Part shown: positions 10,732 to 19,434 of the stretch, in pieces
Position numbering within the stretch: the first letter of the stretch is position 1
How the letters are laid out: every line of letters begins with the position of its first letter
DNA from: Octopus sinensis
Lineage: Eukaryota
Direction of reading: 5' to 3'
Assembly (NCBI RefSeq): GCF_006345805.1
Contig: NW_021824262.1
Span: 1-19,434 of the forward strand
DNA: 19,434 bases
The notes under the pieces: generated by a model
Told to the model about the DNA's origin: nothing
What the model saw: only the letters and a program-made list of their open reading frames with translations
The model's database searches: none
Program-made: the position numbers and the translations under genes

Positions 10732-10733
<2 letters not shown>
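9606..10733 (+). mobile_element. Non-autonomous Helitron-like element
   Basis: 5' A|TCATATCTATAAAAG followed by (GT)n; 3' GC-rich hairpin ccgggc-aag-gccagg (10708-10722) then CTAG at 10730-10733. No TSD, no Rep/helicase coding sequence. Pairing of the two ends is inferred. Confidence 0.65.
10494..10612. repeat. (TA)n microsatellite
   Basis: Seen directly; further TA tracts at 10734-10830 and 11482-11625. Confidence 0.95.
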
Positions 10734-10785
<52 letters not shown>

Positions 10786-10893
10786 TATATATATATTATA
10801 TATTATTTATTTATTTATTTATTTTATTTGTTAGGGAATAAAAATTCCGGCATAACAGAGGTTCAAATTATTCTCAATGAAGAAATATATATT

Positions 10894-11482
10894 TTAATTT
10901 AGAGATAGTGGCCCCCTACATCTCACCATATAAAAAGAATTTTTATTTTAAATACCTAATGTTTTATTACTTGGCAACACGTGTTCCATCAGGTACATCC
11001 TCCGGTTCCTAAACCACTCCATGTTTTCCTGGAACCCTTCTTAAAATGTAACCCCAATCATCAGGCCCTTTATCCACGTTCAATACCATAAACTATATTT
11101 TAATTTATTAAAGCCCTTAAGTATGTGTAGAATAGGTATGTTTGAATTAGGTTCGCTGGACCCTACAGTACAAGCCATAATTCAGATAAAAATTCAAATT
11201 AAAAGTTACAAAAATAAAGTAAGGAATAAAAAAGCTAAAAAAATATACGAAAATTTACAAAAACTATGTTAGTAATATATAGTGTTCCAAATAAAATTAA
11301 ATTTACAAAAACTATGTTTGTAATATATAAAAAAATATTTTAAAATGTGAATAAAAATGAAAGTGGTTTAGGAACCGGAGGATGTACCTGAAACACGTGT
11401 AGCCAAGTAATAAAACATTAGGTATTTAAAATAAAAATTCTTTTTATATGGTGAGATGTAGGGCCTACTATCTCTAAATTAA
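10894..11482. mobile_element. Foldback element with ~122-bp inverted arms; probable Penelope pLTR (-) plus an inverted 5'-truncated pLTR (+)
   Basis: 10894-11018 is the near-exact reverse complement of 11362-11482. Each arm reads outward ..ACACGTGT..AATAAA..ctatctctaaattaa then TA-rich sequence; hammerhead fold in the longer copy. Confidence 0.8.
10973..11067 (-). ncRNA. Type I hammerhead-ribozyme-like fold with a long stem II
   Basis: ggc-CTGATGA-[gg(t)tacattt/ggatgtacc, ggttcc/ggaacc, aaac/gttt nested pairings]-GGAAC-ACGT-GTT-gcc. The inverted copy shows intact GAAAC-ACGT-GTA-gcc at 11390-11404. Confidence 0.6.
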
Positions 11483-11485
11483 TAT

Positions 11486-11533
<48 letters not shown>

Positions 11534-11624
11534 ATTATATAATATATATATAGATATATATATATATATATTATTATATATATATATAGATATATATAAT
11601 ATGTATAAAGATATATATATGTAT

Positions 11625-11628
11625 AGAT

Positions 11629-11723
<95 letters not shown>
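11625..11723. repeat. (GATA)n microsatellite
   Basis: Seen directly. Confidence 0.98.
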
Positions 11724-11724
<1 letters not shown>

Positions 11725-12339
11725 AACTTCTAATGATTTTATTTATCTATGTTTCATATACCACATTAAGTTATAAATATATACACATACAAATTTCGGT
11801 TATCTAAACATCAGTCATCCGAAATTTGGAGATATCTAAACAAGATGTAGAGGTCCTTTGAATATTTAATTAATCATACTCTGTATACCCTGAAGACGAT
11901 AAAAAAAATGCTGCTGCTACCGTTTTGTATATTATTTACAACAATAAATCGTAAATTCTAATCACCACATCACAAAAATGTCACCTCAAAGAGGTATTAC
12001 AGACAGTTTCCATGATCGCATCCTTTGATTGCTGTAACTGAAGGCATTACGTGTCGGTCGACTCGTTAGTTTAATATCAGTCAGACGTTTTAAACAATAT
12101 TAAAACCATTTTTAACAAATTGAAATTACTTTCAGTCTGAAGTATTCTAAAACTTGGAAAGATGAATGTGTCTTCCTTCAATGTATAATTTTGTACCTGG
12201 TATGTATTTGTTACAATATATATATATATATATACATATATATGTATGTATGTATATATATATATATATATATCATATCTATAAAACCATGATGTGTGTG
12301 CTAAAATATCAAATTTGTTGCTTATATCAAGGCTCAGGA

Positions 12340-13790
12340 TAGAAGTATACATCAAAAAAGCGAGATTTTCTAACGTCTGTATCGTGGTGAGAAAGCATAA
12401 AATATCGCGCAGGAGTAAGATAAGTAATTGAGAAATTCATCAACCAAATTGGCACTTAATATAGATTGCAAAGAAAATCGATGGCAACCACTAACACATG
12501 GCTTGGTTGAGTTATCACGTTTCAGTGGTTTTCACAGCAAAGAGATAACCAGCTTTAACTTGGATGTTACAAAGAAAAGCCGCCAGATTCCGAGAACGGA
12601 ACCACACAAGTGAAGTAACTGGACGACAGGAGTCTGATTATAATGTCTTGTTTTGGACAGGTTGCAGTGTTTCAAAGATCATCACAACATTATGTCACTC
12701 AGTGTTCGTGGAGAGCAGAAGTCCGTCGGTAACAGCGTCGGGAAATATTCAGGCAGACGCCACAAATCGTGAACTTCAACAATTATATAAGGCTGGTAAA
12801 AATGGAATGTTTTAGCATGCATTGCTGGACAAATTTCTTGCGTGTATCAAAGAACTACAGTACCAGGACATAAAGGACTAGGATCACAGCACTATGATGC
12901 TCTTGACCTTTAAGTTTTGTATTTTTCTGGCCTCAATGACACCAGCACTTATAAATGATCTATTTCTTTATTACCCACAAGGGGCTAAACACAGAGGGGA
13001 CAAACAAGGACAGACATACGTATTAAGTCGATTACATCGACCCAGTGCGAAACTGGTACTTAATTTATCGACCCCGAAAGGATGAAAGGCAAAATCGACC
13101 TCGGCGGAATTCGAACTCACAACGTAACGCAGACGAAATACCTATTTCTTTACTACCTACAAGGGGCTAAACACAGAGGGGACAAACAAGGACAGACACA
13201 CGGATTAATTCGATTATATCGACCCCAGTGCGTAACTGGTACTTATTTAATCGACCCCGAAAGGATGAAAGGCAAAGTCGACCTCGGCGGAATTCGAACT
13301 CACAACGTAACGGCAGACGAAATACCGCTAAGCATTTCGCCCGGCGTGCTAACGTTTCTGCCAGCTCGCCGCCTTAAGCACTTATAAATTACCGTTTGTC
13401 TCCATCGAGTATTGGCGTTTCTTAAAAAAAAAATGAGACAAAAATTCGTTTCCCATAAAGTACAAATCACAAAACAAGACAAGAGTGACATAACCACTTT
13501 TCTTTTTCTTTTTCATCATTCTGGTTTGTGTGAAGAATTTGTACCTGTCATCCGATTACATTTTGCAAATATTGGGCTCGAGTACCATGTATTTCTGTTT
13601 GTCGACAACACAGAGTCATACGATATATAAAGACAGCCAATTAGAATAGCCAAATGAAGTTGTCAAGTGTTTGCTATTACCATTTCACACCTCTTCAAAG
13701 CTACAGCCGCCCGATAAGGGAATGATGACAACAATCAAGAAATAAAATATTAAAGCTTTAACATGATATGTGCTGCCATCAACGAAGACA
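12340..13790 (+). pseudogene. Ancient pogo/Tigger (CENP-B-like, DDE_1) transposase relic interrupted by a SINE
   Basis: Motifs in order across stops and frameshifts: RLYRGEKA*NIAQE (HTH_psq-like), MLQRKA, RLQCFKDHHNI..VRGEQKS, QLYKAGKNGMF*HALLDKFLA (cf. QIYNADETGLFW), RITAL*C, NDTSTYKLPFVSI, FPIKYKSQ, EEFVPVI..FLFVDNTESY, LLPFHTSSKLQPPDKGMM (cf. LPPNTTSxLQPxDQG). Confidence 0.8.
12957..13376 (-). mobile_element. Dimeric tRNA-derived SINE with 13-bp target site duplication
   Basis: Head ggcggcgagcTGGCAGAAACG..GTTCGAATTCC (A/B boxes), body gcctttcatcctttcggggtcga; units 13142-13325 and 12960-13141; TSD AGCACTTATAAAT at 12944-12956 and 13377-13389. Confidence 0.92.
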
Positions 13791-13850
13791 GAACAGGCAA
13801 AGTACTGCCGCAAATTTACATGTCATTTGCATGTAAGCATGCCTTGCTAT

Positions 13851-13916
<66 letters not shown>

Positions 13917-14030
13917 TAGATAGATAGATAGAGAGATAGATAGATAGAGAGATAAATAGATAGAGAGATAGATAGAGAGATAGATAGATAGATGGATAGA
14001 TAGATAGATGGATAGATAGATAGATAGATA
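13851..14030. repeat. (GATA)n / (TATC)n tract at the 3' end of the Tx1-like LINE
   Basis: Seen directly. Confidence 0.97.
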
Positions 14031-14429
14031 TGTTTCTTTATTAGCCACACAGGGCTGCACACAGATAGAACAAATTACAAGGTAGAGCTTTTCTTTTGAA
14101 GGTTTAAAAAAAAAAAAAAAAAAAAAAAAGGAAGGGGGAGTTTCGATCAAAAGGATCGTAAAAGGAGAGAAAGAGGACAAAAAAGGGGGGTTAAAAAAAA
14201 GGGGAGAGGAAGAAAAAAAGAGAAAAAAAAAAAAAAAAAAAATTGATCAATAGGGATCGTTATCACAGAAATGTCAATATGAAGTGTAAAGGGGAGGACA
14301 GGTGAGGTTTACCCGTGGAAAGAAAAGCCTACGGAAAAGACCACGGTAACCTCGGTCAATGGAGTCACATGTTATATTTCTTTTTTTTTTTTTTGCAAAT
14401 AAGCAACTCTCTGTTTTCAATTTCTGGGT

Positions 14430-17400
14430 TCATAGGATTATGCTCAAGGTGGCTTCGTCATTCATACGTGCCATCCTTGCTACATTCACCCATCTTTTTT
14501 TAAAACATTCGCTAGACAAAACTTGCCTCTCTACTCTCACTTTCCTTTTCAAGTGGTACTTGAAGATTGTGAGAGATTGACCAGAGAGGAAAGTGTTTGT
14601 CTCCAATCCTTTCAGACGCGTCCACCAGATACATTCTTTCGCCATAGCCACAAGGATGATGAAAATAGCTCTTCCTTCCCGTTTGAAGGAGGAGGCGTGA
14701 CAATATTAACGATAGACTCAGCTGATAAACCGACTCGTCCCACACGTGACAGCAGTTGTCGACATAAGCCCACAGGTCGGAAATTGTTGGACACTGCACG
14801 AGTGCGTGCAGAACGGTTTCGTCGCTCTGACCGCATCTCGGGCAGGTCGGCCCCGTGTTTCTCGAGCCGTGTCTGTAGAGCTTATCCCGAACGGGTAGCG
14901 CTTCTCGGTAGCACTGCCAGGCCAGGGATCTCTGGAAGTTGTCCATGGGCCCTGGCCCGAAAGTCATCCTGAACAGGCGGGTCAGGTACTCTCGTCGACG
15001 TCCAGGTTCGCCCCGAGCTCGTCGTCGTACCTCCCCTCCACTAAACCCCTATAGAATGCTTTGGTTGTGTTGAAGTCACTCAAGGTCGACCCAGGACGGC
15101 AGAGTTGCTTGAGAGCAACGCGACACTCGCGGTGCCATTCGCCCTTCTTCGCGCCTCTTTTTGATCCACGACTGCAGTTCGGTCATGGAGACGAGCTGCG
15201 GGAAAGGTGCCTCACAAACGGCGACCACGCCTGTTCACCGTCGTCTACATAGAGCCAGAGATGTCGCAGTCTCAGCGCGTGTCTGCGCATCATCAACCAC
15301 GGCATGCCCAGCCCTCCTTTTAACGGGTGTTGACAGCAAATGGATCGCCTGACCATCGGGACGCATCCTTTCCACAAGAAGCGAAAGAGAATGCGTTGTA
15401 GTTGGTGATGGGGGGTCGGGACAAGGTACGACGGTCAGGCGGTAGTAGATGACGGACGCGATGTACGTGTTCGCCACCTCCGCCCGACCTTTTAGGGACA
15501 GTTTCCTCTCGGCCCATTGCCGGGCGAGAGTGACCACCCTACTCGTTATCTCGTTCCAGTTCTTCTCCACTTGGAGGTCCGGACCAAACCAGACCCCGAG
15601 CAACTCAACCGGGCCGTCGGTCCAGCGTCCCACGACGGAGGCGCTGGTGGACGGCATGGGCTTGCTTCTCCAGGTGCCTAGTCGCAAGCCCACTGACTTT
15701 TCCCGGTGATTTTCGCTCCTGTCACGCTGCTTCGTAGTTTTTCAGTGTTTCGCCGACCTGCTCGATGTGCTCGTGGCTAGACACTATGACGTGACGACGT
15801 CGTCCGCCTATGCAGACACGCTCGTCCCGCATCCCAGTTCTCGCGGATGCCTCTCAAGGTTGCCAGCTTCCGCAATATGGCTCGAGAGTCAATACGTATA
15901 GAAGCGCCGAGAGGGGGCATCCCTGACGGACCGAACGTGCGATGTCGAAGGGTCTCGATAGATGTCCATTCACGCGAATTACCGAACGGATGCCTCTGTA
16001 CAAAGCGGCTATCCAGCCGCGGAGACGGGACCGAAGCCAGCCGCTCCGAGGACCGCCTCCAAGTATCGATGGTCCACCCTATCGAAAGCTTTCGATTGAT
16101 CCAAATTGATCAGCGCCCCACCCATGCCAGGTTCGTTAACTACCCTGTCTATGATGTAGCGCATCAGGTGGAGGTTGTCATGGATGGTCGGCCTGGCACG
16201 GCGCATGTTTGCGCCTTGTCGACCAGTTTCTCGATGACAAGCGCCAACCTCTTGGCTAGCACCTTGGCCAACATTTTCAAGTCTGCATTAAGCAGAGTGA
16301 TGGGCCTAAAGTTATCTATTACATTTCCCTTGTTTAGATCTTTCTTCAGCAGTGTTACGGCTCCTCGGCTCACAAAACCAGGAATGCTCCCGTTTTGCTG
16401 CCAGTTGCAGTACAACGCCGCCAAGAGATCTCCAAACAAGTCTGGCATACAATTGTAAAGCTCGTAGGGTAGACCATCCAAACCCGGTGATTTGTCCCTC
16501 GAGCATTCTGCCATCGCTTCCCGCACTTCCGCCGCCGTGATGGCACCTTCGCAGCACCCTGCCTTTCTTGTGGAGAGTCGTGGTAGGCTATGTAGGTAGG
16601 CACTGAAGTCCACCCTACGTTCTTGCCCTCCACTCGTTCCGAACAGTCAGGCAAAATGCTGCTGAAAGGCCTCACACATTTTACTTGGCTCGAGCAATTC
16701 GCGCCCCTGTTCATCTACCAGTGACCGAATGGTGGCTTTGTTGCCCTGTTGCGCCTCTGCCACCCGGGCCTCTCTCGCGGCTCCAACACCTTCGTTCCTT
16801 AGAGCACGCATCCTAGCTCTGACAGCACATCCTTCGTGTTTGGCGTTGAAGTGTTGGTCGAGGGCCAACCTCGCCGCCAAAACGTCGGATGCGATGCCGC
16901 TTCTATTTGCCTCTTCTAGCTTCTTAACTAGCTCACCCTCTACTCTATTTCTATCTATGGCTAGTGCTTTGCTGTACCTAATCGCTTCTGCTTTTACTGC
17001 TCTCTTGAGGGCAAACCACCATTTGTTGTTGATGATGGCTCCCGTCAAAGCCCTCTTTACTAGTGTGCTAATCCGGTCTCTGAAAAACTTGTCTCGATGG
17101 GAAAGACGCGTTTAGTTTCCAGTATCCGGGACCCTGCCTAAGTGTCTTACCTAAGTCTAGCGTACATGTCACAAGTTTGTGATCCGTGTAGCTGACTATG
17201 TGGAATTGTGGACATCCTATGCTATCTCTATCTACTGTCCTACACAGTATCCTATCTAGATACGATCTCGACGACCCGATGCGGTTGCTCCATGTCCACG
17301 TTGGCGCATTCGGGTGGTCTAGTCGGAACCTGTCAGACAGTTGAAAGCATCTGAGCAGGTCTCTGAGGCATTTGCATCCCCGTCTATTCCTATCTCTACC

Positions 17401-17858
17401 CACGTAGTCTACGTGCGTGTCCAAGGTAGCGTTCCAATCCCCCACTAAGAGTAAAGGACGAGACGTTCCCAAGAAAACTTCTAGACGTTGAAGGAAATAC
17501 GCCCGACCTGTTAAGGGCGGTGCGTAAACTGATACGAGTCGAAAAGCGCACCCATTGCTGCCGTCGACATCCAGGACGACCAGTCTACCCTCCGGGTCTA
17601 CGAATATTGTCCTTACTTTGAGATCCAGACTCTTGTGAAAAAGTACCGCGGTGCCACTACCGCCCATTCTCGGCAGACAGGGGGAAAAATAAATGTTGAA
17701 CTGTCCGCCAAACATGGTCTTTAGGGCCCGCGGATTGTGGAGTCTGGTCTCGCTTATGGCTATGATTTCTAACTTATGTGACTTTATGTCATTTAAGAGG
17801 TACCCTTGTTTCCAAGGGGACCCAAGCCACGCGCATTTACACAACCAATCTTGATCAT
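14430..17858 (-). pseudogene. ORF2: APE endonuclease, reverse transcriptase and zf-RVT/CCHC, disrupted
   Basis: MIKIGCVNARGL, ISET, VYAP, GDWN, YLDRI, TDH, GPGYWKLN, KSPGLDGL, NFRPITLLNADLK, LDQSKAFDRVDH, VRQGCPLS, *ADD (15799-15810), LLGVWF, LSLKGR, CPRC..ETVLHALVQC; many 1-bp frameshifts. Confidence 0.95.
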
Positions 17859-17889
17859 AGTTCTAATGAATTAGAATACAGAGGGTTAC

Positions 17890-19434
17890 TTACTTCTCGA
17901 AAGTTTTTGCTTTCTCCTCCGTTGGTTTGTCCTCGAGAAGATCCCAGTACAGTTTCTTTGTGAGATATTTTTGGCATTTACCAACCGCACTGGGGAAAAT
18001 GCCTTTGAGTGTGTGGTGCAGACTTTTGGAGATGTGTAATATTTTGATGTGGTCTGGTGGTGTTGTGTATGGGTGATTGTTTGTTTTTATGTCATCTTCT
18101 GTTTCTGTTTGTTGTTTTGATTGGATGTATTCCATCAAATTTGTGTTTTTGTGTCTATGGCTGTGAGCATGTTTGCTGTATATGTTTTTGTGGTGTTTGT
18201 GTGGCTGTTGTTTGCGTTGGTTTTTGAAATGTCTTCGGGAGATGTATTTCCCCCTGCTTTGTTCGTGTTGCATTTGGTTTGGTTGTGTTTCTGCTCTTTA
18301 TTTTCCTTCTTTTTGTAGCTATTTGCCATTCCTCACTGATTTCGTCTTCCGACGAAATTTCTGAGAATCAGAAGGGGGTAGGGGTATGTTGTGGGCTTCT
18401 ATGTATGTCTGTGTAAGTGGTTGTGTTGTTTGTTTCGTTGTTGTTGGTTGTTGAGTGTTTGTGTGTGTTGAGTGCGGTATAAGGGATGGGGGATCAGTTT
18501 GTGTGTGTTTTCTTCTTTGTTTTTCTGTTCCTTTGGGTTTTGCTGTTGTTGGTGGTGTTGGTATTTTTTCGGGTGTTGAGTGGTTTTTGGTTGATGACGG
18601 ATTAGCTTGGTGTGCTTCTCTTGTCGTCTTCTGTGTTGATGTGGTGTGGGTAGTAGAGCTTTTTTTCCGGAGTGCTTTGGTTGTGGTAGTGGTTGTTGTT
18701 GTTGCTCTTGGTGTGCAGTGGTTGGGCACGTCTTTTTCAAGTGTGTTTCGCTTCCACACAAATAGCAGCGTGGTCGCCTGCCCTCTACCACTATATAGAG
18801 TTTGTAGCCTCCTGGCAGTTCTATAGCGGTGGGTATCTTCTCTCTTGCTGCTTCATCCAATTGAGCAGGAATTCGATTGATTTGCCCACATAGTCTTTCT
18901 CTCCTAGAACCGCGATTTCCAGGATGTTTGTCTCTGACATTCAAAGCAGATGGCAGAGACCAACCATTGTGTTTCGACATCAAATGGTATGTTTTTTATT
19001 TGGACTTTCGTGACCCTTTTGTTTAAATAGACTGGTATCATTACCAAGTCGTCCGAATGTAGCTCCAATGTGGAAAAACGTTTTGCTAAACTTTCGTTGA
19101 GGAAACGTACTTGGACTGTACCAAATTTGTTTCCCCAACTGATATATTCCTTGGAGTCCCATGCAGGACGAAGGCATTTTTCGATTTTTTCCTGCGGTGC
19201 ATTTTCTGTTCTTCTTGTTTTTTTGTTTATTACTTTATAAATTATTGTTTTTTTTTTTGTGTGTTTTCCACGATGTGTTGTGGAATGTGATGGTGCAATT
19301 TGTCTCCTTCTTTGGAGAAGAGTGCCTTTGTGCGGTTTATCTCTTGTGTGGTGAATGTTACAATTGTTCTTTTTTTTTTGTTACGTCCGCAAAATTCGTT
19401 TTGAATTTGGCAGTAGAAGTGTTAATTGTGGCAG
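17890..19434 (-). pseudogene. ORF1: gag-like nucleic-acid-binding protein, frameshifted, start outside the window
   Basis: NFADV, FGTVQVRF, KVQIKNIPFDV (RRM-like), VEGRRPRCYLCGSETHLKKTC (CX2CX4HX4C, 18726-18767), then a long T/Q/K/P-rich region ending about 30 bp before the ORF2 ATG. Confidence 0.8.

Larger units (their letters stand above)
14031..19434 (-). mobile_element. Near-full-length Tx1/L1-clade non-LTR retrotransposon (5' end beyond the window)
   Basis: ORF1 with CCHC knuckle; ORF2 with APE, RT and C-terminal zinc motif; T-rich 3' UTR with AATAAA (14037-14042) then (TATC)n. Confidence 0.95.

Noticed and set aside
11886-11960. CTGAAGA-cgat...atcg-TAAA possible hammerhead
   Set aside because: No GAAAC, no stem III and no closing stem I.
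12960-13325. CRISPR-like or satellite array
   Set aside because: Only two contiguous ~183-bp units with no spacers, in a eukaryotic context.
13280-13376. Possible tRNA gene
   Set aside because: A/B boxes are present but it is the head of a SINE with body, tail and TSD; no convincing cloverleaf.
14523-17115. Plus-strand ORFs such as 15847-16458
   Set aside because: Antisense shadows of the GC-rich Tx1 ORF2 with no independent motifs.

Overview
AT-rich, microsatellite-dense eukaryotic DNA with no host gene. The repeat families suggest a cephalopod such as Octopus (inference). Almost the whole window is decayed transposable elements. In order: an internally deleted Dong/R4-type RLE LINE (-); tRNA-SINE remnants; a second RLE-LINE 3' fragment inside (TACA)n; an RTE-like 3' end with three C2H2 fingers; a Penelope-like element (RT + GIY-YIG) with a hammerhead-bearing terminal repeat; two TA-flanked foldback elements, one holding a long-stem-II hammerhead fold; a non-autonomous Helitron; a Tigger/pogo transposase relic split by a dimeric SINE with a 13-bp TSD; and a near-full-length Tx1/L1-clade LINE ending directly in (TATC)n. 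The main pattern is that different retroelements abut different microsatellite motifs (TAA, TACA, TA, TATC). Most ORFs in the supplied track are translations of simple repeats or antisense shadows. All assignments are by-eye motif recognition; no searches were run.
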